Under the pieces are notes generated by a model. The model was not told the origin of the DNA, did no database searches, and was given only the letters and a program-made list of their open reading frames with translations. Both the position numbers and the translations under genes were made by a program. From positions 441,821 to 503,827 of the forward strand of contig WELB01000015.1 in assembly GCA_009602725.1 (NCBI GenBank): DNA of 62,007 nucleotides, in the 5' to 3' direction. Shown here piece by piece: positions 47,392 through 59,700 of the stretch. Source of the DNA: Spirogloea muscicola (Eukaryota). How positions within the stretch are numbered: position 1 is the first letter of the stretch; every line of letters begins with the position of its first letter.

Positions 47392-47956
47392 AGAGATGTG
47401 GCACTCCCAATGGGCGCAAGGGCTGTGAGAAGCCAGCCCAAAAGAATCGACAAAGGTTCGAAGGGGCCAGAAAGCTACGAAGGGGCCTGAAGAAGCTATG
47501 TCAGGACGGGGGGAGGATGGACCACTCAGTAGTTACGAGTGAGGAGCCTCAAATCCGACAGACTAGCTGCCGGAAAACAATCCCCCTGACGAATGCGGAA
47601 GGCCGCAGCAAGAGCACGGCCAGCACGCAGATGCAAGGCTTGGGCCATGGACCGCTGAAGGGAGACCGACACTCTCATACGATAGACTTGAGCCCACGAG
47701 CCGGCGACGTTGAAATCGACCGGCTCACCGCGCCTGCGGGACACAGCGTGCCGCGCAAGCCTGGCCAGCTGGTCGAGCCACTGGGACCCGAGAGCCCCGT
47801 GGACCCGAGAGCCCCGTGCACGTCCACAGCCAATGGGGACGAACTCATCTGCAGCCGGGTGGTCGGCGTATTTGGCCGCCTTGCAGCGAGCAGCCTTCGC
47901 CGCAGCATGGCTAACCCGCGAGGCAGAGAGCCCCCGGTTGGGGCGGTCGACCACAT
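47392..47956 (-). mobile_element. 5'-truncated RLE-type non-LTR retrotransposon
   Basis: KAAKYADHP..FVP..HGALG..LQRSMAQALHLRAGRA..SDLRLLTRNY*; TSD CAGCGGCAAAAG (47380-47391 and 47957-47968). Confidence 0.88.
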
Positions 47957-48763
47957 CAGCGGCAAAAGGCGTCTTTTGAGTTACGCTTCATCTGGCAGAG
48001 CGTAACTTTACCACGGGAGAGCAAGAGCTCTTGACTGTTGTGCACGCCCTACATGTGTGACGCTGCTATCTTGAGGAGTTGAATTTACGGTCGTCACGGA
48101 TATCTGCCTGTTGACCTATTTTCGCTCACAACAGCATCTGAGCCAGCGTCCAGCTCGGTGGGCAGAAAGTATGGCATCATTCCGTTTCCAATTGGTTGCA
48201 CCGCCCTGGAAGAATCCATGTCTCGCTTCCGGTGAGCAGCCACATTGCAGGGGCTGCAGGCGGCTGCCTTGTGCACTTCAGGACTTCAAGCCGCAGACGT
48301 GCGTCCTGCTCGTAGCGTCGCTCGGCAACCCACCTCCAACCTTTCTGAGCTGTACGTGCGCAGATGTGACGGGTTTGGCACTGACCCATGATTTGCTGCT
48401 GCATCCCATGTACGCATTGTCAAAGATGACAATGGCTTCTATAGGCAAGAGAACGCCATTGTAGTTCCAGACTGCGATGCCTTGCGCACTAGCATCATGC
48501 AGGAGTTGCATCAGCCTACAGTGGTCATCTGGGTTTTGGAAAGACCAAGCAGGCAGTAAGCCGTATGTAATGGTGGCCGGGTCGTTCGGCTCAAAAACAC
48601 TTTTTGTACGGAATTATGCAACGTGCCAGCGTAGTAAGGCCAGCTCTGTGAAGCTTGCCGGCTTACTCGAGCCTTTGGAAATTCCTCAGCAGAATCGAGC
48701 AGATGTCAGTGATGACTTCATCACCCACACCTGCCCAAAACGTGTAAAGGCTTTGATACAATC

Positions 48764-49588
48764 TGTCACGTTCCCTCCGTTGGAGAGTGCCAACGGTGCC
48801 GGAAACCTTGCATGCTCGTATCGTATCTGCCGTTTGGAAGTCACAGACGGTACTGGTAGCTTTGCTCCCCTGTATGTAGCTAAGTACGGTCCGAGGCCCC
48901 GGGTTTCGTACTGCACGTACTCCGCCCAGGAGGCGCCGCTTCGCGCCTCCTTGGAGCCGCCCGAGGCGCCGCGTCGCGCCTCCTTAGTGCCGCCCAATGC
49001 GTCGCGTCGCGCCTCCTTGGTGTCGCCCAATGTGCGCCGCTTCGCGTCTCCTTGTACCGCCCAAGGGGCGTCGCTTCGTGTCCCCATTGGGCAGGCCCGC
49101 CCCTCCGGGGGAGGACCTTGGGGGCAACCTTCACACCCTCAGGGGAGGGGTGGTAGATTTAACGCTTATTGGTAGTGGGCCGAGGCCAGGCTGACCCGTG
49201 ACGCCAAGAGAGGCACAGCCCTCTGCCTGCTGCCGCAGCCGCCGCCACAGCTCTGCTGCTGCTGCTCGCTGCTACAGCCGCCGCCAAAGCTCTGCTGCTG
49301 CCGCCTGCTGCCCAGCCCGTCGCCGCAGCTCAATGCTGCGGGCCCCGACGGCTCTCCTTAAGTACCTTGGCTGCGCCCTTTGCGGGCACGGCTGGTGATC
49401 CTCGGTCGAGTCGCCGCCTTCTGGCGGTGCCTCAGGGTAAGACTTCCGCTACACTATGTGCGCGTATGTGTGCGCTGTTTGTGCTGGCATTCCACTATGT
49501 CAGGGGCTTGCCTCCAAAACACCCTATGTTTGATACCCACACAGGACGTTCTGACCCCAATTGTGTGATTAGGAATACGAATGTTACA
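48764..49588 (+). mobile_element. LTR, family E (no matching TSD)
   Basis: TGTCACGTT...AATGTTACA; similar to 25021-26717; ~30-bp internal repeats at 48930-49080. Confidence 0.8.
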
Positions 49589-50422
49589 GGTCGGGTTACG
49601 ACACCCCAGGGCGGGGCTCCTGCTGCTGTGGTGGAGCGAACGGATGAAACCAAAGCGGATGGAATAGCCTCACGTTCGCACTGATAAACCGCAAAGGTCG
49701 TTCTGTTCTGCTTTGAGCCGTCGGACCTCTTCTAGAAGGTGGCAGGCATCACCGCCTTGTCTTCGTCAGAGATGACCTCCGGCTTACTAGCCCTCGTCAT
49801 GATCGACTTACGGACAGTCACCGACATCAATTCTCTTCTCAATGACTTCCACTTGCTCCGCCTACTTACGGATGACAAAGGCAGAGACGTGGCACGTGGG
49901 CACGGCAGGCCTTCCAGAAGTCAAATATCGTTGCTTGCATTACATTCACAAGACAGTCTTGCAGATGTCGGCCAATCATCCTCTGCTTGACGGCGTTAAA
50001 CAGTGCAGTATTGGCAGGCCTATGCCGACCCGACAGACGTTGACTGCCACTTTACGAAGAATCCACCACGATGCACACATTCGCGACATTCTTACCAGCC
50101 GTTATATGCAGAAAAAGCAGCCGCAATGGTTCCATTACGCTTCCCTTGAGACCTCAATTACCCGCCATGGCGCATCACGTTGGCTGACAAATAGCGAGGG
50201 CTGAATGTCTATACAGAAAATGAAAGAAGTGGCCTCGTCGACTGCAAGTGCGACACCGTAACATAAAGTACGACAACCCCTGTATCAGATGCAAGCGAAT
50301 AGCCAGCCCAGCTGCTGACGAAGCAAATATGGTTGGGAAGCAATAAATGCGCTACGACTGTAACATGGCAATCACCTGCAGATTCAAGCATCAGCGTTGT
50401 CATGCCTGCCCGTTAAGCCATA

Positions 50423-50833
50423 TGGCCGACTTACACCGGGACGGACGGACGGACGCCTGGCGTCCGCCCTGTCAGGGGGGTCGACGCGGCCACGGAGGCC
50501 GAGGCCGCCTGCACGTGCGGGACGGGCGGGGGGGGGGTTGGGTGGACGGAACTGGGCCCTCCTCGGGAGGAGGCCCAGTCCCGTCCGCCCTCGTCGCAAA
50601 CGGCGTCGATTTTTCCTCAACGGCGGTCAAATGCGTCCTAGTCACCACCAAATGTAGCAAACGGCGCCTTCTCCTCCTTAATGGGAGCAAAAGGCGTCCT
50701 AGTCAGCGCCCGGTGTGGCGCCTCCGTGGCACGCGTCCGCGTCCGGCCGCGCAAGGTTGAAAAGCCAGGCGTTCCAAAGACTCCGCAACACGTACTTCTC
50801 CGTCCGTCCATCCGTTCCAGTGTTCATTGGCCC
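50423..50833. mobile_element. MITE, PIF/Harbinger-like
   Basis: Imperfect ~30-bp TIRs (GGCCGACTTACACCGGGACGGACGGACGGA vs reverse complement of right end GGCCAATGAACACTGGAACGGATGGACGGA); flanks ATA and TTA; non-coding. Confidence 0.7.
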
Positions 50834-51149
50834 TTACTTTCGCGTCGAGGTGCCACACCTGGAACTCCGCCTACAGGCCAGACTCTGCTTGACTAGCAGC
50901 AGCCTGCCCTGCATGGCCTCACTACCAGGTAAGCAGACAGCAAAAAATGCAAAAAGCGTCACCACACCTCAACCTAGGGCGCGCCGCTGCAGCCGCCAAC
51001 GAGGGTTTGAAGGGTCCGACGCGCGTCGTGCAGGCCAACGATTCAGGCCAGGGTTGTAACGTTCCCACTTACTGTGAGCGTTGACCCAGGTGGTTACACT
51101 TACCTGAGTGGCACGCGGCCGACCTGGCCTGGCCAGGCGGTCCCGCAGG

Positions 51150-51495
51150 GGGGCCTCGGTGGCGCGGTGTCCACCCTGGCGCCCCGCCCCGACCGACCTG
51201 ACCTGGCCAGGCGGTTCCGCAGGGAAGCCTCAGTGGCGCAGTGTCCACCCTGGCGCCCCGCCCTGACCGACCTGGCCTGGCCAGGTGGTCGCGCACTGGG
51301 CCTTGGTGGCGCGGTGTCCACCCTGGCGCCCTGCGCACGGGGCCTCGGTGGCGCGGTGTCCACCCTGGCGCCCCGTGCACGGGGCTGCGGTGTCGCGGTG
51401 TCCACCCTGGCGCCCAGCGCACGGGGACCGCGGTGGCGCGGTGTCCACCCTGGCGCCCCGCGCACGGGGGTCGCGGTGGCGCGGTGTCCACCCCG
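51150..51495. repeat. 42-bp minisatellite in the B LTR
   Basis: About 7 copies of GGTGGCGCGGTGTCCACCCTGGCGCCCCGCGCACGGGGCCGC-like units; also at 15216-15341 and 21378-21535. Confidence 0.9.
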
Positions 51496-51577
51496 GAGCC
51501 TTCCCCTCGACAGGCCTGCCCCTCGGGGCGGGCCGCAAGCGGCCCGCCCCGCGGGGTGGGCCATGGAGCGACCCATG

Positions 51578-51716
51578 GACTTGCATCTACTGACTAGAGG
51601 TTACTGAGAGTCCCCTTGCTGCTGTCTTAGAATTTAGCACTCCGGCTCCATCAGACCTTGTCGATTCCTTTGGGCTGGCCTCTCTGAGCCACCAATCAAT
51701 CTGGCCGCGCTTTCTT
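51578..51716 (+). mobile_element. RLE-type non-LTR element, 3' end only (139 bp)
   Basis: Encodes DLHLLTRGY* (cf. DLRLLTRNY*) followed by TTTGGGCTGG; TSD CCATG; absent from the other B LTRs. Confidence 0.8.
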
Positions 51717-54424
51717 CCATGCGCTCCTGGAAGGGGGGGCGGCACCGGGAGCACTAGGAGTTTGGGGGCGGAGACACGGACAGCATTTCGGATCAGTGAA
51801 GCCCCGAGAGCGGCGCAGCCCTGCTGCTGCGCCTGCTGCTGCAGCCCGTCGCCGGCAGGACGCTGCCGGCTCGCTGCAAGGCGTCCGTAGCCGGCCCTTG
51901 GTGGGCTAGCTGCAGGCTGGTGCCCGAGAGGTGGAGACGCCGCCTGACGGCGGCGCCACAGGGCAAGACTTACGCTGCGCGCCGAGGCGCGAGGTGCTTC
52001 AGGGTGTGGTGGTTTGCTCCGGATCCCTGCGTCCGAACCCAATCAGGACTTGACCGCCTAATTGCCTGTGTACAGGGGTCGGGTCACGACAAGGGTGGCC
52101 AGGGGGCTGGGGCGGCGAGACATCCCCCGGCGGGGGTGACCACGCTGGAGAGAGTGAGGAGCGAGTGAGGCGAGGAGACAACCTTTACTTGCGGAGATAT
52201 GGCCTCTCCCCGCCGTCCAACTTATGGCCCATCCAGCGAGGGGGAGGTTAAGGCAGTAGGTACCCGGACTTAGCGTCCGGCGCCCCGTGGCTCTCCGGCC
52301 CGCCCGACTGCCCTCTAGCCGACGCTACCTCTAGCCGATGCTACAACGACGCTCTGCGCCGAGGCATGACATCGTCCACCGGTCCCAGGGTGGGTGGAAC
52401 TTTGTCCCCCCTCCTGTGGGATTTCTACTCACATAGCCATCGAGCTCTGAATATCCGAAAATCGGAACCTTCTGGCCCTTGTGTGATAGCCCTCGTGTGA
52501 TACTGCTACCTACGATCTTCCATCGACAACCCGTGCACGACTTATCGACGGACATCGACTGTGTATCACCAACGAACTACCTCAGTGGTCTGCTACAACC
52601 AACCGACCGACTGTTCCCCGTTAAGCACTCGTACATAAGCCGCTCGATGGGCCAGTGACGGTCTACTACCGACGGGCTAGCGTCAGGTGCGTATTGTCCA
52701 CGTCAACGTCGACGATGATGAAAGCCATCACTACGGTAGCCTCCAGCGGATGCCTCATGTCAGTGTTCCACCGCCAGCTCCACGCTTTCTCGTGCCACAA
52801 CCACGCCTCGCGCAAGTATCGGCTCGAGGAAGCAGCCCGATCTCTGCTGTCATCAGCCTATTGAGATGCCTCGTATGTAGACATCTTGTTAAGTCTTTCC
52901 TTCCCATCGACATTCCAATCTTCGCCGCCTAGTGTGTATCTAGTCTTTGGGCATCTGCCGGATCTTACCTGGGGCGTTGACAGTCCGGCTTTGTATACGA
53001 GTTTGTAACCCTGGTTGCAGGGCAACGAAGAAAGGTGAATGCAAAAGTGGCCTACAAAATAGTTGTGATGGAGTGTCGAGGAGCCTATGGGTTTTGCGTG
53101 TGCTCGCCTTGGCACTCTCTCCCTCTCCTCCTCCTGCCACCGGATAACACACACCTTCTCTTGTCCGCCTGTACAGCCGAAAGCCAAAGCAGCATGTTCA
53201 ATTTCCTCACACTCAAATGCTATGCGATACCTTCTGTGGTGCAGCCACTTGCAATTGCTATGCGTTCCCCTGTTGCCTCTCAAGTACTCGTCGGAGGTTG
53301 GAAAAACCGCCCAGAAAGGCCAAAAATTTGGCAGTCCTTTTCAAGACATCTCAGTCATCTCTTTGTAGGCAATGGCGACCCGATGGAACTCAGGCATCGA
53401 CAACTAATCCCCTCCACTCGCCCTGCTGAGCTTGCATCTTGACCCAGAAGGCTTTTGCCATCAAGGCAGTCGCTCTTGCCGTCTAGCCGAGGTTCACAAC
53501 ATGGTGGCTATCTCTTTCGTCGGATTCATGCGTTGGGGACTGTTTTTACACCATCGGTCTCAAGCCGTTTGGCCTCACGCTCCTCTGCTCCACGATATAG
53601 TGTATCCTCATGAGGGGAACGTTAAGACACACTTTCAGCTGGTTGGGCTGGCTCCTGGCCAAATACTTCGAGCGTAATACTCACCACACCAATGGGAGCT
53701 GCAAGAAGAGCCCACTTCATTGGCATTTTCAGTGGCCGGCTGACAGCCGTGTCGTGCAACGAGTCTGACTGCGACATTCACTGCCTCGAAGAAGTCGATG
53801 ATATCCCCATGTGGCCGCCTTGTGAGATCGCTATTCTCTTCAAAACTTTGTCAAACCGCCATTCACACCATTGACGTTCCGACCAATTAAATTTATCTAT
53901 ACTGCGTCTTGTGAATGTCTTACTGGTCTGCCCCGAGTAATGTACAAAACAATCTGAAGATCGACGCACCCTCAGATAAGGGTGCGTCATCTTCAGCAGG
54001 CGTCATCGCACTCAAGCTCAGACTGACTCGAGTCACACTTGCGGCAAGCGAAGTTGGACGATATGGACACATTAGTAGGCTAAATAGCCTTCTCAAAGGC
54101 CTTGCATAGGAACACCGGTTCTGCAACGACTAGGATACACACGGGACACACACACAGGGTGTGTATAGATGCGCCGTTCACACACACAACTAGATACCAA
54201 AGTCAAGGTGCAAGGTTCGGTATCAAGACACTATGAGATGAAAACATAGCAACAAAGTGAGCCATGTGCATGAGACGGCTTACATCATAATTTAGGGCAG
54301 TCAGAATGTCTATTGTTCTTCAAGCAATTATGGGCTTAAAAGTGCCACTAGCATCTACAACTCGTTGCATGTTGGCAACAAGGTGCGGCAATGATCCGGG
54401 TGAAACGATCTATATGGCTGGTCA

Positions 54425-55694
54425 CTACGGAAACCGCACAAGCTGTCTCAGCTTCTGCAGTGTTGAGAAGGAGACATAGATAAAGAAGGTGCTGAGCCCG
54501 AAGAGTACACTTGCTAAGCTCAAGGCACATAGAATTCCAAAGGTCAGAATGGCCACCCAACCTGCACTCAAGACAAGCGGAGCTCGCTTAAGCTGGTCGG
54601 AAATACACACAGGGTCTGCCAAGTTGACAAGTGCATGCACTTGCATTTCTTGTTGCAATTGATAGATGGCAGTGGGCAGGTAGTAGTCCTGCTGGCAGAG
54701 GATCATGCGCCCATTGCAGCGCATACATATGGATGCTACTCGCGTGCTTTGCTGCCAACATTTGGCATGCAAAGGTTGCACATACAGGAAGGCAAGCTAT
54801 AGAGAGGCGAGCGAGGGCGGGCACCCACCAGAGACAAGGAAGTAGGTGAGGCATAGGGGCAGGAAGGAGGAGGCCCCAAAGCCGAGGCCCATCAAGATGG
54901 AGATGCTCTGAACGAGGGCACCAACACGCACAAGCACGGCCGGAAGGGCGAGGTAGCCCGCGTACATGTGAAGAGGTGAGACGTACGGCCGGCGGCTCTT
55001 CTTGCCCCTAAGAAGGGAAAGATGCGGCAGCATCAGCCGCTGCTGGGTCGTTTCGGTGCACCTTCCCAAACATCACACGAAGGGAAGCCGTGCCAGCGCA
55101 GGTGCGGCCTTGAAAAGGCCATTCAGAGTCGAGGCAGGAGTCGTGGGAGTAGGGGAGGGGCTCACAGTGGGCGCCGGAAGAGGTAGCCAGAGTTGAGGAC
55201 GTGCAGGAGGGCATAGTTTTTGGGCATCGCGTGCACGCCTTGATACACCACAGAGCTGCGGCACTCTGGGCACGCGACGCAGGTGTGGCCGCTGTACGAG
55301 ACAAACTGGGGCAGAGCTGCGAGGCAGGGCTGCAGGCGCGCGGGCAGGGGCCAGGTGAGGGCGGGGCCCGTCTGGGAGCAGGCCTGGCAGGCAGCGCGAG
55401 GCAGGGGCCGCGGGCGGAGCGGGACCTCGCAGAGGGTGTGGCCGCAGTTGAGGAGGCGCGGCAGGCGGGGCTCGGCGTCGAAGCCGTCCCAGCACACCGG
55501 GCACTCTGCATTGGCGGCGCGCACCCACCCCGAAGGCCTCGGCGGCCGTGAGCGAGAGCGGCCTCGCAGGAGGCTCGCTGGCAAGGCACGGACCTCAGCC
55601 TCGGCCGGGCTCAGCGCGGGTGGCTCAGGCGCCCACCGGGCAAGGGCAGGGCGGGGAAGGGCGGAGAGGGCGGGGCGAGCTCCGCGGGCTCCAT
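54425..55694 (-). CDS. RING-HC (C3HC4) finger protein with C-terminal hydrophobic segments, probable membrane-anchored E3 ligase. Exons 55694-55637, 55505-55426, 55329-55166, 55007-54829, 54561-54425
   Basis: ECPVCW..PRLLNCGHTLCE/PCL..CPECR..PKNYALL; all four introns are GT-AG and phase-consistent; ATG in GCCGCCATGG context. The first exon is the least certain. Confidence 0.8.
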
Positions 55695-56772
55695 GGCGGC
55701 GCCCGGCGCGGGGCGCGGCGGGCGCGCTCAGNNNNNNNNNNNNNNNNNNNNNCGGCGGGCGCGCTCAGCGCGGGCGGCGGCGCGGGGGGCGCATGGCGGG
55801 CAGGGCAGGGCGCGGGGGGGAAGGTGGCCTGGCTCCATCCGCCACATGGCCGTCGCCCCCCTCCCCCGCCCTGCGCCGCCTGCCGGCTTGGAGCCTCTTG
55901 GGCAAGCCCACCTCAGCCTTCTGCGCGCTGTGTGGCCCCTTCGCACACTGCCCATTCTTTCTTCTGGGCTGGCCCATCTCAGCCATCGGCCTCTACTGCA
56001 AGAGTCCTTCTCTCAGCAACAACAGCTCTTCCGACACGAGGCAGGGGCTGCGAAAGGCCAGCCCAGAAAGAATAGACAAGGTCTCAGCGGACTCCACGCT
56101 CTCCGACTCCTCCCACTGGCTTCTATGGCGGTGCTCCGGCTCCCCAAGTCAGCCTGCCACATTTGTTTGCGCGAACTCGTGGGTACTAACGTCACATTGT
56201 CACCCTAGCCACCTTGGCATAGGCCTTCGACTCCTGTGTCCCCACTCGTTGCACTGGCCTTCGGCTGAATCGTGTATTGGCTTACATTGGCCACCCTACC
56301 ACTTCATGGGCACCGCGCGCCTCCTCCTCCAGCGTGGGCTAGCTATTCACAGCCCTCCACCCCCTTCGCAAGACCCGCTTCCCATCTATGACGACGGCAG
56401 TCCTCTCGCTCTTGCGCCGCCGTGTGCCATCATGCCTGCAGCAGCCATGCTCTGCCCGGGCCATGATCTGCACCAGAAAACCTGGGCACGCTGCAGCCAA
56501 TGGCCGGGGGGCTTGCAACCTGCCATCCAGCATCCAGCGCCCCGGCATTGGTCAGTGGCCTCCATGTCCTGACCTGCGGCTGCCGAGAGGGTTGGCCATG
56601 CAGCACGCGGGCTACATTGGAAGGGGAGCCTGCCTCTGTGTTTGGCCGCTCTGGCCCTCTGTCACTCAGCACACGCTGTCCCCCCGCTGCACCTCGCCGT
56701 CCCCCAGAGCGACGATGCCGAGGATCCACTCGCGTGCGGCGTGCTGCTGGGCCGCTGCCCAGCTGTGCGAGA

Positions 56773-59700
56773 TCAGAGGTACAGTGAGTTTGCGAACATG
56801 ATGCCCCGCCGTATGCTCTCGCTGCCCTTCTCGAACTTCTCTCGCAGCACTGTGTCGCCGATCGCCCGCGCCGCGTCCTTCATCTGCAAGTTGCAAGCTG
56901 CGACCCTGAGAGACCCGCAGGCCCCCACACTACGAGCGAGCACCCCCGCAGATTGCAGCGATGTGGGCCCTTGCCCTTGTCCAATGAGCATCGAAGCCAC
57001 TCGCACAAGCCCAGCGCGTGCATATTCGGGGTGGAGAAAGGAGAAAAAGCTATGTCAGGGTCTGCAACTGCGCACCTCTGCGACCAGGACCTACATACCG
57101 ACACCATCTGACAAATGCAGGGTAAAAACCCAACCTGGTTGATGAGCTCATCCAACCTCCGGCCAGCGCGGATGATGCTGCCCTCGAACAAATCAGTCAT
57201 CTCGCAGAGCTCTGCGAACTTGGCACCCTGTCAATGCACGTGCATCCTTGCCTCAGCCGATACGCCCTTGGACAGGTAGCTCGACATGGCATACTCTCGA
57301 CAGAGTGAGTTACCTGCTTATATTGGCCTAAGTGACATATGTTAAATTGCCCGAGAGCATGCAAGCCACTTTTACTTTCAACACATATAGGAGCTTGTGT
57401 TGCATTGCCAGAACGATCTCCCCAACCTTTGACCAGCTATAGATGATGTCCATCAGCACTGGTTGGAAGTGCTCCACATACTCCTCCACATCAATGTCCA
57501 GCTTTTCCTCCCTTTGGATCTGGCCATGGAAGCGCATAGCTTTCGGCTCAAGTGTTTGGGCTGTCATCACTTGCAGCTACGTGGTGTTACTTGAAAACTT
57601 AATAGCTGTACCAACAATGACACATCAGGCGGCTCTGCAAGGGATCGGGTGTGAGCTTGCAGCAATCTTGCGTACCTCAGCAAGGTGGCGAGCGGTCTCT
57701 TTGAGAAGCGCCAAGGGCCGCTGCAGCTCATTTTTCAGCTTAACCTGCTCATTTGACTTCTCAACAGGCAAGAAGCAGCTAACTACAGCCACAATCTGGT
57801 GGCAGTCTAGCTCATTGAAGGCACCTGCCAAGGCAGCAATAAGAGCGTCACTGCACTTAAATCTGCTGCATTGCTCTTGTGCTCGAGACATGACTTTCTA
57901 TCCAAGAAACTGCCGGGATGCTTCCTCAAGTCCAGTACATTTGATGTCTGCAGATGACTCACAACTTCTTCACAGAGGATGGTTGAAGCAGGGAGCCAGT
58001 GGCTCACCTTCAAACATGAGCTCGGTGATGAGCAGCTCGTCGGCTGTGTCAATGTGGCATGCAGCCCTCCCCTTGAGCTGGACCACGCCCTCCCCATCAA
58101 TGTGGCCTAGCTTTTTGAGAACACGAGACCTGTTGTGAAGCTCGCTCCGGAACTTGGCCAACTGCAACATGAACGTGGAAGAACCAGCAATGATGCATAC
58201 GGGAGGGGCTTGCAGTTATCACGGCAGTTTCTAAAACCTGCAGGAGCTAGTGTCAGAAGAGTGCCTCTTAAGTATGCACGACGCGGATATACACCTGGGT
58301 TTGCCCACTGCTCCATTGGTGCTTCTAGTCACAACCAACTCACACAAATTTATTTGACTTAGGCGAGCACTTGCTCTGCCAGCAGCACAGAGAGTGGGAA
58401 CTAGGTTACCACAGGCTTGCATATTTTCCAGGTCAGAGCCCAAGAGTGAGGTTGAGCTTGAAAGCTGTGACCAAGGGCTTCCTTCGAGGTGGTCGGAGTA
58501 GCCTCTTGCCTGGGAATCCTTCATCTGGAGGCGGAGGCGCTGCGCTTCAGATTTAAGCTCTGCCTTCCTCTGGAAAGCCTCGTGCTGCTGCTGCTCCCTC
58601 TCCGCCTGGCAGGAGCACAAAACATGTACTCTTACCAAAGAGTACATGTTTGCCAAAAGTTGTGGTTTCGACTGGATGCAGTGCATGCATGTCGTGCAAA
58701 CGAGTAAAGACAACGGCACTTGCCAAATTATGAGATGGATGCAGTGCTGAGATGAGCAAGAGCACCTTAAACAAAGGGTGAGCTATGAGCTTTGCTTCCT
58801 CCTTTTCAATAGTTTGGAGGATTTTGGCAAATTCATCATCGTCAATGCCCATGTCCTGGTCAGCAAGCAACATCTTGATCAGCAGCAGGAGAGATTGAAA
58901 GATCCGAGCCCTCATTGCAAGGGAATGTGACTGCTGTGATGGCGATGTCATCAAGTTCACATTTCCAACTATTTGGGCACGTACCTCAATAGGATCCAGG
59001 AGAGGTATGCCATCTGGAAATCTTTTCTGCAGCTCCTGTACTGCAAGCTGCACAGACTCCCTCGCTGGCATTGGCCGCAAGTCCTGAGGTACAGCCACTC
59101 GCACGGCGCTGATCCGGTTGAGCAGCGGCAGGGACACAGGTATCTGCAGGCACAGTTGAGAAGGTCGTATGAGCCCAACAAACCTCAGATGATATTCATG
59201 CAGAGGACATTGGAGAATGGCACAGGTCATGAGGGGCAATGATGTTGGTTTGCTATCTGCTGACTCACCACGTGCATCTCCCCTTTGGTGCCAGCCGGGC
59301 AGGGCCGGGGCCTGTTCTTGGCACCCTTGCCTGGAGCGCTGCCCTTCTGGGGCGCACAGTTGAGGAGGGTGTCGACAATGTAGTGGGAGGCCGCAGGCGA
59401 GTGAGTTAGTGTCGGGCCAGCCTGTGGCAGGGGGCGGCGGACGACGTTGAGGACGACCCCCCAGCCCCAATCATCTGGCCCATCCCGCACCTTGACCTGG
59501 CATGCCAGCAGCCGCTCATCAGAGGTGCCAAGCCTGTGTGAATGCTTGGCAGTGTGCTCTCTGGTACCAGTTATTGCTAATATGACCGGCAGATGTCAAG
59601 CACATCAAACAATAGGGGCCCCTTTGACTGCTAGATCCTGCTTCTTGTGCTCCGTGGCGATGTGCCAGGAGCTCCTAGACTGCACTGCATGATGCGGATG

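Larger units (their letters stand above)
43541..48763 (+). pseudogene. Ty3 RNase H-integrase remnants hosting several insertions (43541-44055, 46073-46668, 47265-47391; second remnant 47969-48763)
   Basis: ERNYTTGEQELLAVVH; MQEL.. resumes as YSGHLG after the D LTR; DGQTE.MNRVLE; FLLNYG. Confidence 0.8.
51055..52091 (+). mobile_element. Solo LTR, family B
   Basis: TGTAACGTT...CACGACA; TSD AGGGT; matches 21276-22015. Confidence 0.9.
50398..52371. mobile_element. Solo LTR, family D, containing a MITE and a B solo LTR
   Basis: TGTCATGCC...GGCATGACA; flanks GCGT and TCGT (3 of 4 match). Confidence 0.8.
49590..53900 (-). pseudogene. Possible highly decayed Mutator-like (MULE) transposase, split by the D LTR
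   Basis: Only weak motifs, in the expected order: GYSELDGYVSRNP (~52420-52457), RPLLSF (~50220-50237), SWIM-like SCECN..EGLPCPR (~49894-49953). Confidence 0.3.

Noticed and set aside
51150..51495. CRISPR-like regular repeats
   Set aside because: The intervening sequences are themselves repeats, the array lies inside an LTR, the context is eukaryotic and there are no cas genes.
54135..54195. Hairpin plus CTAG resembling a Helitron 3' end
   Set aside because: The hairpin arises from CA/TG low-complexity sequence, the spacing is too long and CTAG is not followed by T.
55716..55768. Direct repeat CGGCGGGCGCGCTCAG either side of an N run (similar case at 34200-34250)
   Set aside because: Typical of an unmerged contig overlap at a gap.
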